The notes beneath the pieces are model-generated. The model searched no databases. It saw only the letters and a list, made by a program, of their open reading frames with translations, and was not told the origin of the DNA. Shown piece after piece: positions 24,336 to 38,000 of a DNA stretch of 64,000 nt; position 1 is the first letter of the stretch; every line of letters begins with the position of its first letter. The stretch comes from Asterias rubens (taxonomy: Eukaryota), in NCBI RefSeq assembly GCF_902459465.1, contig NC_047066.1, positions 3,596,001-3,660,000 of the forward strand, given 5' to 3'. The position numbers were made by a program, and so were the translations under genes.

Positions 24336-24660
24336 GTTGTTTATGTACTAGCCCAACGCTATAACGCTAGAGGTCGCACTTCAAAAAAATAACAGCAACA
24401 AATATTGCGATTTGAGCCTTTTCGAAACGATAAGTTTCAGTGTTAGGCTTAATAAGCAGAACTACATGTACGGTAGAACAAATGGCAAAGCCGAAGTGGA
24501 AAATAGTTTCGAAAAGGCTTTTTTTACTTGAAACTACCAATAGAGGTCGCCCTTTCAAAAATGGAAATCACCAAAAATTTTGCTCGGCTATGAAGAAAAG
24601 TTTGTTTTACAAACTGAAGATTTAGCGAATTCTTTTGTCAACGCAAGGGCTCTTTTAAAG
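24336..24660. promoter_or_regulatory. Putative bidirectional promoter between the SELENOH and MRPL57 start codons (325 bp)
   Basis: Divergent ATGs at 24335 (-) and 24661 (+). There is no room for two independent long promoters. Confidence 0.7.
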
Positions 24661-27270
24661 ATGTGGCTGACTCTAGCTGTGATGGCTTTGCGCCGTAACT
24701 CTAGATACACCCCTGGTCGCCAATTTAGTGGGTAGGTATATGCTGTTGAATTACGTACAAAAAGTATCGTTGCGACGTATATTTCCGACACTTCATACTT
24801 GTGCTGCATGCCAAACGTGCACAGCACATATCGTAAATAGTAAAAATAATAAGCTGCAAACCAAAGTTATTACAATATTCTATACCTATTGATAACAATA
24901 GCGGATAGCTGCCATATATATACATCTAGGTCGTTTTGGAAAGATTTCCGTACCTATTTCAAATTATAGCCTAGTAATTGCATGGAGGAATATATGAAAT
25001 ACATAGTATTAATGGGATGATGGTATTTGTATCACAACACTACACAGACTCAGAGTTAGACAAGAGTTTAGACAGTTTAGTAAGAGTTACACACAGTACA
25101 GCAGTGACATTACACCAATAGACCCAGTAACTAGGGCGCTGTACTCCTTTTGAATTTTGTTTTTTCATTATCGGTCATAGTATGACCGACAATGACAACA
25201 TGGATAACTTTCCGTATGGTGCCACCACTTTTACCCTCATTTTTACAAAAAGGGATATCTCTTTGAGGTAAATTAGATACTATATTATTTCATATCGAAT
25301 GAAAAAGTGGTGGCGCCATACGGAAACGTTTCCGACAACATTTCGGAAAAAAGGAGTACATAAACATACCCAATGATTTGCACCACTTTTTCACTCATTT
25401 TTACCAAAAAATTAAACAAAAGGAGTAGCTCTGTTTTTTTTTGAGTAATTTAATTAAGTAAATTGTTATAAAGTCTAATTTTATATACTTATAATTTGAT
25501 AATTTATTATGTTATAATGAATGCAAAAGTGATGGCAGGATACAGAAATTTCACCAACATTTTATTTAGACAAGCTATGTTTATTATATAACCTTGTTTG
25601 ATCATTATGTAACTTTATTATACGAGTAAGACAGCACTTTCTTTTGACATTAAAACCTATACAAACCAAGTTACAACTTTTCAAAGTGCACCAAGTATTA
25701 CTCCTAGTCCTAGAACGTCTCCACACGATAGCGGAACGAACCTCATAGTTCTAGGAGTACCCGGGTATTAGATTTAGTATTATTAGATTTAGACTAGACA
25801 AACTGACAATTTGACAAACTAGACAAACTGACAAAGTCCAAAAGAAAATATGGGCGCTTGAGACTGAACACACACAACTTTATTTTATTGCTTCTGCCAA
25901 ATGTGTTTATCATTATCAGGAAACATCGGAAGTATCGTCCTGTGACTTCAAACATGGTCTACAACATGGTGAAAAGACTGGATGTTGAGAAAGAAAATGA
26001 GTCATATCTCTGCAAACCGTACCTGACAATGGTAGGTCAAACAAATTTAGTCATTCCTAAAAAGATATAATTGTTAAAAAGTCCTAATGGATGCAGTAGC
26101 CTCTATACAACTAACACAAAACATAAAAAACAATGAAATAAAACTGTGCAAGTCTCAAGCGCATTCAAACATTGGAATCCAATAACGAGCCCAAGTTTGT
26201 TTCCTTCAGGCCCTGAAGCACGTACCGGGACCAATCCCTCAAATGTTTGAATTTGCGCGAGACTTGCACGGTCTTTATGGAGCAAAAAAAGTAAAAGTCC
26301 CTTGAAATTTCTTGTGTGCCCCTTGGCTTGAGAAAGCCAATGTTCATGCCGGCCTTGAATATTGCTGTTGATAGGGCTCAACAATTTCCCTTTGGTAAGG
26401 GACTACGACTTCTTTAAGGAAAGTGTACATTTGTGTTGGAACTTTGCAGAGGGCACCACAGTAATACACCGATCCATTAAGCCGCGCCCATTTCTCATTG
26501 ACCAATCACAGCCGCGAAATCTGATCACCATTTGAGCCGTTTGGTGATTTTTGCTCTAATGGTGATCAGGTTTCTTGGCTGTGATTGGTCAACTTGTAAG
26601 GAGGCAGGGCTTAATGGATTGGTCTATTGCTGTGGGGGCCGTGGGTTACATGAACAAACCTCGAAATAACCCTCTGCACCCACAGTGATTGCAGTGGTGT
26701 CCTGTGCTTTCGCTGTGGTGCCCTTTGCAAAGTTCCAGTACAAATTGACACTTTCCTTATAGAAGTCGTAGTCCCTTACCAAAGGGAAATTGTTGAGCCC
26801 GTTCAAGAGCAATATTAAAGGCCTGCATGAACAATAGCTTTCTCTCTTATAAACGAAAGAGAGGTTGGTGGTAATACCATGTGAGTATCTCTTTTGAGTA
26901 GTGTTGGTTTTGAAAAGAACCGGTGGGTGACAACTCAACATTTCGGGAGAATGCTGGACTATGTTTCTGGATGCTTCATAAGGACTTGGCTCAGTGGAGC
27001 GAGATATCCACATTGTGTAACCGCAAACCTTTCTTAGATACTTCCAGCATGCAAAGTTTTGAAACCTACTAACTTCTTCAAAGTTGAATGTTAATACACA
27101 ATGATTGTCTTAATGATTTTATTCAACAGTCGGAAGAAGACGGCCATGCTAAGGAGCAGAATGCTCTCGAGTTCAAGGAGCTGCAGGACTTCAGACGTCA
27201 CAAAAACATGAAACCACATCGCTACCTAGCGGACCATTTCAGCCATCTTGAATCTTCCAAACATTGGTAG
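24661..27270 (+). CDS. MRPL57: Mitochondrial ribosomal protein mL63 (MRPL57/MRP63); exons 24661-24731, 25920-26031, 27130-27270 (107 aa)
   Basis: MWLT...PGRQFSGKHRKYR...NMVKRLDVEKENESYLCKPYLTMSEEDGHA...PHRYLADHFSHLESSKHW* parallels human MFLT...PGRQWIGKHRRPR...[22 protein letters not shown]...GHA...PHRFIADQLDHLNVTKKWS as recalled. GT-AG junctions are in phase 2 and phase 0. Confidence 0.87.
26330..26844. repeat. Nested inverted repeats in MRPL57 intron 2 (~130-bp outer arms plus an inner palindromic MITE at 26463-26628)
   Basis: 26330-26461 is the reverse complement of 26713-26844 with scattered mismatches. The inner arms are AATACACCGATCCATTAAGCC / GGCTTAATGGATTGGTCTATT. Confidence 0.8.
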
Positions 27271-30063
27271 CATTCGATCTGAAGCCTCTGTTTACGAACT
27301 GTAGCTTAGCAGCCTGAGAAACCAACTAAGCATAGAACCACGCGTCTGGCCTGGAATTATACGCAGGCCACGGAGGCCAGGGCCTCTGTTGCCCAGGGCC
27401 TCTGTTGCCCAGGGCCTCTGTTGCCCCTGGTCATGGTCTTGGTGCCCTTTCAAAAGCTCCCAATGGGAGACTTTCTGGGACGATAGAGGGCAGCAGACTT
27501 ACCGGGTAAATCCATTGTTCTCAGAATTATGCGCATGTTCAGAACTACGTAAACAATGGAAATTTACCCGGTATGTCTGCTGCCGCCTAGCGTTGGAAAG
27601 TCTCCTATTGACTTTAAGGTTTTCCAGTGGAAGCGCCCTTTGCAAAATTAACATGGCCTTGCCGTTTTTAAAGATGAAATTCCAGGCCTAACATTGCAAA
27701 CTTCGGAGTGATCACATCTTCCAAGGAAGGTCGCCAGGTTTCTTTAACGTGCACATTTCTTATCCTTGAAAGTGGGACCTGTACAGCTCCATGGAGGAAA
27801 ACAACCCGAGCCATTTTAACAGTCTGGTTTAAAGGCAATAAGCCAGGAATCCGAGGCCGTCAATGAATCGGTGGCTACAGCTATAGCTGCGGCTAGATTT
27901 CTGCGTCATCATGCATTAGTAACACCCTTAGCAACTGTTGAAGCCGTAGCTTTAGCCTCTAATTCAGACCCAGCATGTACTGCATGACTTTATTGACAGA
28001 CGACACAGATATTTAGGAGGCAACAATTGCTGTTGGTCATTTTGAGTGGACATGAAGTGCAAGGGGCAGGGACAGGGACAATGGTCGGGGACTAAAAGAT
28101 CCACTAAAAATACTATTTTCACAAATAAAAATTTTGGCCGTTTAATTCTGTGACAAAATTACACAAAAAATGTATGATGCAAAATCTATTTGTACTGATG
28201 AGAGCACCAACTGTTATGTGAAGCTTTAACCATCATTACTTTGCCACAAGTAAAGACTAGTGCTAGCGGAAGACATTACAACACTGGTATTGCTTAACAT
28301 ACTGTTACATCTAAGATAGACACATTCAGGCACGATGTTCTATTCTTCCTACTTAAATCTGACTTCCATTTAATTTTCCTTTGGAAAAATTTACAACATA
28401 GCCTGGAAAATCTATTAATCTATGTATTCCACGAGCACGCGTGTTATAACAAATTTATCTTCCAGTCTCACATTAACATTATTTCGCAAACACTGAACAG
28501 CATGCACGCGCAATGTTTAGAATGTAATTTTTGCACTGTCTGTATGCGGGTGTAGGTATAGCTTTTTATACTTCCCTCCAGTTCGAGCATCTGATTGGTG
28601 GATTAGTGCGTACTGAAAGATAAAGTGCTAATGTATGTGTACAAAAGGAAGACAATATGCAAACAAATTATTTTAAATTGGTTCCTAATATTTTGTAGTT
28701 TAATCCATTGAATGCACTAAAAAAAATTCAAAATTAATTTTAATTTTGAAGAAAAAACACTCGAGTATCCCCAGAATTTTGACGTCACAGGGCTGTTTTA
28801 GCAGCGCAATGATGTCAAAATTTGTATCGCGTTTGCAGAAAGTTTGAACCGGGCTTTAGTCGATTATGAATGAATACATAATACTGTACTCATCTGTTAT
28901 AGTCAATCATTAAATGTGCATCTGTTTTCTGAAATACTTGAGAGTCCTGTGCAGAAAAAAAAGTGCATGGAAGTGCAAAATATAGCTACCTTTTAATGTA
29001 AAATTATAAAAATTATAAAAAAAGAAGTTTTTGAGATAATAAAAAAAGAGAAGTGGTATTGAGTTTGTTGTGGTGGGTAGCTATATAAATGTGTGCTAGT
29101 TGCGTTTTGAAATGACCATAGTATTATCTGAAGGCTGGGTCACACTAAACTAATTCTCAAAACGTCCGAACCCGTCCTAATAAATCGTAAAATGGGTTTG
29201 GTCTGGCTAGAATGTATAGCTTTGGCCGGACAATACAATGTGACCCTAGTTTGTTAAATTCTGGTAATGATTGCATCTGTCTGTGAACCGGATGACCCTC
29301 CTACAAACAGACCCACTCTGTGTGCACACACGTACATCCATATGGCGCCTGACCGCACCACGTCCAGCACGTCTATAGACAATGTGACCTGTGACATGTT
29401 TACAAAAGAGCCACAGAGCCTAGACTTCCTGCAGACACAATTTGTACACAGCTCAATGGAAGAAAACAGAAAAAATCTAATATTTTATGGAGATATCACT
29501 GTCTAATTTTTATCAACTTTTGATATGATGAAAGGGGCCACATCTCAAAACTTGTCCAGCCTTTACTTTCACAACTCTTGGGTTTATGTGGAAATTATGA
29601 CACAAAATGTAAACTTTCCCATAGGACCAGTGCAGTATTTTGCCTGCCAGACTAGCCAAAAAATGTACAGGGTCCCACTTATTGTAAACAAAGTTCACAT
29701 GGTCTATAGTACAACCCAAGTACAGCAATTCCGTTCGTAGTACATCCTGGTTTTAAGTACGTTACCACTTTGTCTAATTGCAGGACGGAGTGATCACCCA
29801 AAATTTTGGAGCAGGCTCAAAGTTCTGGAGCACCACTCCCAATCAAACCTGTCTGGGCCAGTCCATGAAGTTAGTAAACAAAGTTTAAGCCTGTTCGGCC
29901 ACATTTTTGTATTTTAAGAACGTATTGAGAACGAGTTCGGTGTGATAGGCCCTTAAGGAAAAAAACAACAGGGAAGTATTCACCATAATGTTGATGATGC
30001 TTGCATATCTTATGGATACCTGTATATGCTGAATGCTGCAATTTTCATGTGCTTTTCAATTCC

Positions 30064-30437
30064 TTAAAGCCATTGGACCCTTTCGGTAAACAGTGTTGTC
30101 CAAGGCCCACACTTTGTGTACCACAACTTCAATATCAAATAACAAACCTGTGAAAATTTAGGCTCAATCGGTCATCGGAGTCGGGAGAAAATAACGGAAA
30201 AACCCACCCTTTTTTCTGCGCGTTTCGCCGTGTCATGACATGTGGTTAAAATAAATCCGTAATTCTCGTTAACGAGAATTTATATTGTTTTGCTGTTTTC
30301 TCAAAAAGTAAAGCATTTCATGGAATAATATTTCAAGAGAAGTCTTTCACCATTGCCTTCTGTAAACCCTGTAAGTTATTTGTAAATCTGTGAACTTTTT
30401 TTTTTTTTTCTGAACCGAAAGGGCCCAATGGCTTTAA
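30064..30437. mobile_element. TTAA-flanked MITE family 2 (AGCCATTGGAC...CCCAATGGCT); second copy at 58157-58416
   Basis: TIRs and TTAA duplication. The two copies share internal sequence in opposite orientations. Confidence 0.75.
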
Positions 30438-31145
30438 GCTAAACAAACAGCTTTATAAAATTTGATTCTATGCAAATACTTGTGAACCTTTTCTTTGCAG
30501 AGAAAACAAAAAAATTATAAACAAATTTACAGTATAAAATATTAATCACAAATTTGTGTCTGCGTATTATAATAAATTCTATATCTGAGAAAAAAATAAT
30601 TTGAAATGTCTAAAGATTAATAATAACGATATCTAAAATATATAAATATACCCTCTCGTTTTAGATAAATCTTAGTTGAAATAAACCTTGGCATTTTCCA
30701 CAGATTATCAAGAGCGATAAATAAGTTCTTGAGTTGAGAATGGAATGCGTAAATAATTCAGATATAAACTAACAATTAAACTAAAAATTATTTTTGGTTT
30801 TACCCTTACACCAATGTGTTTTCCGAGCTCTGTGAAAACAAAACAAATCACAGGCATGTTACTCGGGTGGGATTCGAACCCAAGACCTTTGCGATTCTAG
30901 AGCAGTGTCATATTAACTAGACCACCGTGATTGCCCAGTGGCTAGAGGCATCAGGGACAAAGAATACTATTTTTGGGTTTACCCTTACACAAAAACATTA
31001 ATAAAAATGTTGTTTTTTATGGCGCTCCAAATAACTTAATTTTTGTCCATTTTGTTTCTTGGTTGTCTGGTGCAAGTGACTCACTATATATAAGTGTCTT
31101 GTACATTGTCCCCTGACACACAATTTTTTGTGTGTGTATCGCACG

Positions 31146-31440
31146 TAAAAGAACCCAGTGCAAAAAGGTAAGGAGTTCGCCCCGGTGTTCCTGGTTTGAT
31201 TGGCTGCGTATTGTGCTACAGCACCTAGTAAACCCCCAGCCGTAACACTTGTGTCCTTAAGCTTAACCATTGCTTCGTCCTTCGGATGGGACGTAAAGCC
31301 GTTGGTCCCATGTGTTGTGTAACGCATGTAAAAGAACCCAGTGCATGCACTTATCGAAAAGAGAAGGGGTTTGCCCCGGTGTTCCTGGCTGTGGCTGCTG
31401 TATGCGCTGTAGCACCATGTTAACCATTACATGGTGTGCT
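31146..31440 (+). mobile_element. Partial SINE copy with an internal duplication of the GTAAAAGAACCCAGTGCA...CCCCGGTGTTCCTGG block
   Basis: Matches 54440-54620; the block occurs twice (~31146 and ~31328). Confidence 0.7.
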
Positions 31441-32087
31441 AAGGATTAGGGCTCATAATTTCAAAATCTTCGTCCTGACTCGCCTTGCAGTAAAAATAAT
31501 TAGCCCTTTGTATCCTTTGGAAAAGGCACGTTATATACGTTCATTATTAAACCATTACATGGTGCTAACGTGGTCCCATATAGACGATGTGACCTCTGAC
31601 GTCACACGAAAACCATAACATGATTCGTGCGCATACTGCCGGACAAAACCTCTGTGTTTTGGCAGCCAGCTAGAAAGTGTATGCAATCTTACCATGACTA
31701 CGTGTCTTTTTGCCCGGCGAAACGTGACGTATACAGTGTTTTTTCAACAGAGGGCGGTTTAAATGTAAACACGGGTCACATCGTCTATACCTTACAGGAA
31801 AACACTGAATGTATGAAGCGCTTTGAGCATCACCGAGTGACAGATATGAGCGTTATAGTAGAAGCCACTATTAAACGTTTTGCATTCTGAGCCAAATACA
31901 GTATGTTTTGTACAGTATTTTAAAACACTTTTGTACTGGGTGGGGGGGGGGGGCCCAAAGTGGTTAGGCTAGACAATGCCAACTTCCATCCTAACCAGGG
32001 AAATGTCTCACCAGTTCCCTGTGATCCTTACCGATGGTTGTACGCCATTATTATGCAGCAGTTAACTCCCTCGTTTTAAATCACTCA

Positions 32088-35000
32088 TCACAATCTTGAC
32101 ATCCAGGCCTCAGGATCTGATCTGTGCCATTCAAAGATGGAAAAGAAAGCAATGTTTAAAGACACTGGACACTATTGGCAACTACTACTCAAAATAAGTG
32201 TTAGTATAAAAAATTACTTGGTAATGACAATGGAGAGCAGTTACTTCTGTTGATAGTTTAAAACATTGTCAGAAGCGACTCCCTCTGAAGTAACATAATT
32301 TTTGAGAGAGAGGTAGTTTCTCTCACTCGAATTTTAAAAGACTTCTGCCCACAGTATTCACTCACAAACAGAGAGCAACCCTCATGCATAAATCATTTCT
32401 CAGATTCAAATGTTCTTGACTGAAAAATTATCCAAACCACTAAGAAGGGTAGTCTTTCAAAAAAAAAATAGTTTAGACTACCAACAGCTGCAGTGCTTCT
32501 AGCCAAGTTTGTATGGTACTATTGCAGTATTTACCGATCTAAGATAATGTCATAGATTGGAAAAAAATACTCAAAAAAATAACGTCCGTAAAAACTTGAA
32601 GGGTTTTGATACCTTTAGTAGATCAAGTTTTTTAGCCATGAGATGAATCACTAGTTACTGTGAATGGAGATGTATGTAAACAAAATTTGCGTGCTTCATT
32701 TGTCATCAAGGTACAAAAACAAACAATGGAAATCACAGAGCTATGTTTTCAGAAGAGTCGCGTAAATCCCTTGTACAAGCTAAAATAATTTTTGTGAAGT
32801 TATTTTACTCATTTGTCAAAAACCACAGGACCCCAGCAAGTAATATTTTAAGGGAAGCTTTCTACCATCATTATCCTTAAACCGTTTAATGTAAATCTGT
32901 GGATGTTCGTGTTTTGTGTCATACAAAAAGTACCCAGACCCTTTAAGCTGAGGAAACTGAAGGAAGTTGTTTTACTTACTGTACTTCAGACTTAGTGAGT
33001 TCTTTCCCGGATGCAATAAACTCTGCGAACCTTGACACAACAGGGTCAGAGTTCATACTGGCCACAGCAACGACCTTATCCCCTCTGAAAAAAAAAGACA
33101 GAAAACAAATCAACTGTGATGCAATCAATGAAATCATTAGGCATTGCAATTCAAAATAATAACTTTCAGTAGCAACATTTGTTCCGTCGACGCCGTTTTG
33201 ATGGATACCTAGAATAAACCTTTCTCCACCGGGTGATGACGCGTACTGCTTTATGGTTCGTGCATGCTTGTTCGTTGTGCAGTGGCTTGGGACCTTGGTT
33301 ATAATGCCGTGCATCGCATCACACAACTGATCTTGGCGATTCCAAACAGGGATGTGATTTTTGGAGAAGGTCTTGATCCGGTTGTTTATAACGCGTGTCC
33401 TCTGCGATTTCATCCAACGGACTCACTTCACACATCGCAAATTTGTGATTTTACTACACCAATGCAATTTTGTTCCCATTGACCATTGTTTAGAGACCTT
33501 GTGAGTAACGGGCTTTGGAGGGAGTTCATTTCTCGTACCACAGCGGGACGGCTGAGGCCCTAATGGACTTAAAGACCTGCTTGAACGAAAATGTCAAGTC
33601 GTGAACTTTGCTGAATTCCATTTAAAATGTTTTCAATGAATAAGGAAATCCAGTCATATGATTATAAATAGATTTTGGTTGTGTAAAAAAACAATCATTT
33701 TGAATACCCTTATCCAGTGCTTTTCTGAGAGATTTGCGAAAAGCCCCGTTACGTAATCACTCTTAAAACGTCATAGTTGGGAGCTCCAATTTGTAAAGCC
33801 GCTTTGTTGCAGCGTGGAGGTATAACAAAGCAAACTCCCACAAATGACGTCAGCGGCATTGTCCTTTGGCGCGCGCTCTCAACGGCAGAAGTGTTTTTAG
33901 TTTTTCAAAACCTTTAGATTGGGGCATGCTTTTTTAATCGATAATTACGAAAAACTCAGAAGTGTAAACATATCAAAATTACATTAAAATGGTCAACAAG
34001 TGCATTATAAACAAGTCTAAATACCATTTCCGTTAAAAACCTTCCGCTCAGGTAGCTGTTTAAGAGAGAGAGAGTGGGTGTTTAGTAGAACCAACACCTA
34101 AATACTAATACTCACTTAATGTAGTAAGCTGCAAACTTCAGCTCGTCTGGATTACCTACGATGACTATATCTTCATAACCAGCATTGTAACCTTTAATGA
34201 AAGATATAAAAGCAGATTCAGTTATTATTCAGGATGAACTGAAATAATCTCAGGACTATCTGCATTGGACAAGATGATTTCATATTTACTACCTTATACG
34301 CCTCTCTTAAAGACAGTGGACACTATTGGTAGCTGTCAACGACTAGCCTTCACAGTTGGTGTATCTCAACATGCATAAAATAACAAACCTGTGAAAAATT
34401 GAGCTCAATTGGTCATCGAAGTTGCAAGATAATAATGAAAGAAAAAAACACCCTTGTCACATGAACTTGTGTGCGTTTTTAGATGGTTGATTTTGAGACC
34501 TCAAGTTCTAAATCTGAGGTCTCCAATTGAAATTCGTGGAAAATTATTTCTTTCTCGAAAACTATGGCACTTCAGAGGGAGCCGTTTCTCACAATGTTTT
34601 ATACCATCAACCTCTCCCCATTAAACGACGCCAAGAAAGGTTTTATGCTAATAATTGTTTTGAGAAATTACCAATAGTGTCCACTGCCTTTAATATTTAT
34701 GCTTGACGTCATAATTCTTAACCAAAATGAGGCTATGGGCGCAAGCCTCCCACCTCTTGCAGTGGCTGCACCCATGGCCTCGTTTTGGATTCATAGCATT
34801 GTGACGTACCTCATGCATAAATATTAAGAGAGGCTTATGGAGACCGAGAACAGAACAGAAAAGAGAACACAAAAGGTTTCCATAGGGGCATTCTAAATAC
34901 TGGGGTGCTACACATGGATTATTGTGTACAAAGTCTATGGGAGGTACTTAACTACAGGGCCAAAGGAAAGAACAAAATTTGTCTCCACAGGGATGCAAAC

Positions 35001-38000
35001 AATAGAATGTGTGTTCAAGAGAATTTGGAAATAAATACATTCGCCATTTTGAGTATAACTCGGTACCCGCTGGTAATAAATAGGAATCAAACTGCCTCTA
35101 ACTACTGTGCCATCTCGGCGGTCTAGTTGGTGAGACACTGCTCTAGAACGGCAAAGGTTGGGTGTTCGAATCCAACCCGATTAATATGCCAGCGGATTTT
35201 TGTCATAGGACTTGGGAAAGTACGGAGTATACAATGCTTCACACACATCGGTGTACGGACAAAGCCAAAAAATATTTGTTATCCCCGATACAAATTTAAG
35301 ATCAATTGAATTGAGTCCAACTCCATTAATGTAAAGGTTAGGCACGCATGCTATCCTGTTGGTGTGTGGGCTGTAATAGACCCTTTCGATGAAATACGTA
35401 AATTCAAACATTTTAGTTGGCAAAATGAGGGAACATCATCCTGTTTTGTACACGGCTAATGGCTGCGTGACACAGACGCGATTGCTCGTCTGCTGAAGGC
35501 ACATCTCTAGGACGTTTGCCAACCAAAAGGGTCTGTACGCATGCGTGAATGTAATTAGAAATCTATTCGAAAAAGCTAATGTTTAGATGTCTGGTACCCT
35601 ACCTGCATATCTGACACTCTTGCCAAACAGCATTGTCCAGAAGTAAGGGACACTGTCGAGCTCCACTTCCTGGTCTAGCATGTTGAGGGCAGCAATGCGA
35701 CCTGAATAAAAAGTTAGAGGCAGAAAATATGCAGAGACAAATTAGATAGTTACAGTGGCTATTTATTTCACAAGGCAGACACTTTATATTCAGAAAACAG
35801 TCTGACGTTTCTCCTCACTACAAAAAGTTTAACTCTCAAATGGTTTATTGCCTCCTCAATGAGGCATCCACTGTCTTTCTGTCAATGTACGCATTCAGTA
35901 CAAAGTCCTGCTCCTCACGGTCAATGCTGTACATGGTCTCTTCCCTCAGTACATTTTCGAACTGGTTACACCATAGACTAAAAAAAAGTCTCCAGATCCT
36001 TGTCGCAGCATCTCCTACAAGTTCCCCCATGCAGAACAAAAACTGATGGTCAAAGATCCATTGCCTTCAGAGCACCCACCCTTTGGAACTCTCTTCCTGC
36101 TACCCTCCCATTCCCAGACGAACCCGGATCTCTTCAAAATTCACCTCAAATCCTACCTGTTTGCTCTTACTTTTTAGTAATCTTTTATTATTAAGTTAAT
36201 TTGTAGATTAAACTTGTATTTTGTTGTTTGTAAAGCGCATTGAGAGTTCTCCCAGAACTGAATTGTGCTCTATAAAAAAAACTTCTTCTTATTATTACTA
36301 TTGTGACCCTCTCAAATGCTTAGAGTCGTTGAAAGGATAGAGGCTCTCTCTAACCTGTGAGAGAGACGAAGACTAATGTGTTGTCAGGTCTTCGATGAAT
36401 ATCAGTATAAGGGTGGCGGAAGCATGCAAAATTGAAATGCTTGCCAAAAGAGGGTGCTTCTCTCGAATAATTAAATAATTCATACAGGTTAAGGAAATTT
36501 TACATAAAAAATAAATGCAATAAAAATAATAGTGGGGGTACAGTTTGTATGACCGTCACACTATTATAACATGGGATGCGTTGTATGAAACACTGAAGCT
36601 TGACTTACCATGTCCTGAGGCTACCTGCCAGTGGCCGATATTAACCTCGAGATCACCCATCATGGCTAGAGGTACCTGAGCAATGTCACCGGCTGCAAAC
36701 ACGTTTGGCTTGTTCGTCCGCAAAAACTAGAAACCATGAATAATAGCAGACAAAAATACTTGTTATACCACGGTAACAGATTATGAACTCTTGTATTTGT
36801 CAAGAGCAAACCTACGATGTGCTACACACACGCTTGTTAATACCTCTGTAACGGATTACAAAGTTTTATTGTTGGAGAACCAATCACGTAATATAGTACA
36901 AAGACGCATGTTAAATGGAAAGTGATGTATTGGGGGATACATCACCTTGATCATTCCCACCAATGGTCGTATCAAGCACCTTGTTAGATACTATAAATAG
37001 GCCCGGGTATGAGCAGAGCAAGGGTATGAGGTTGTAAATACGATGATACTTTGATACTACATAAATTAATACACATTCCTCTGTGTCGTGCCGTCCAGAA
37101 CAGTGGTATAAAAAAACAGTTATTGTACGATGTGACAGCGTCCATTGGTTTAATACAACCCTCACAGCTAGCGAGGCGGGATATAGGTTTGTGGAGTGCG
37201 AGTGCCGAGGGCCGTAGACCAGGCATGCCAGGCCTGACATTACGAATGTGTGTCACGACCCAGATGTAGATTGGAGCGAGTTGATGAAGTGCCTTGAAGG
37301 CAGTGAACACTATTGGTAATTTCTCCAAATAATTATTAGCAAGAAAACTTCCTTGGTAACGAGTAATGGGGAGCTGTTGACAGTATAAAACATTGAGAGA
37401 AACGGCTCCCTCTGAAGTAATGTAGTTTTCGAGAAAGAAATAATTTTCCACGAATTCGAGATCTCAGATTAAGAATTTGATGTCTCGAAATCAAGCATCT
37501 GAAAGCACACAACTTCGTGTGACAAGGGTGTTTTTTTTTTTCATTATTATCTCGCAACTTTGACGACCACTTGAGCTAAAATTTTCACAGGTTTGTTTGT
37601 TTATGCATATGTTGAGATACACCAAGTGAGAAGACTGGTCTTTGACAATTACCAATAGTGTCCACTGCCTTTAAACGTGAGAAGGATGATTGTGAACTGA
37701 ATTGTTACCATACCTTGTCAACGATTACAGCGCCCTTGGTATTCAGTGCGATCTCGCTCTCCTTCAAGAACCCCGTGGAAGGTTTAACGCCCACACCCAT
37801 GATGCATATGTCTGCCGGTAACGTCTCACCATTCTGCAACACAACCTCTGTGATCCGGCCGTCGTCGTTACCGCTCAACCTCTCTGGGTTGCTGCTTAGG
37901 TAAAACTTGATGCCCTTTGCTTCGGCCATCTGCAAACAACCCCAATACAAGTTTTACAAAGTAAAATAAACATATGTGAAAATGTACACTAAATGTTCCG

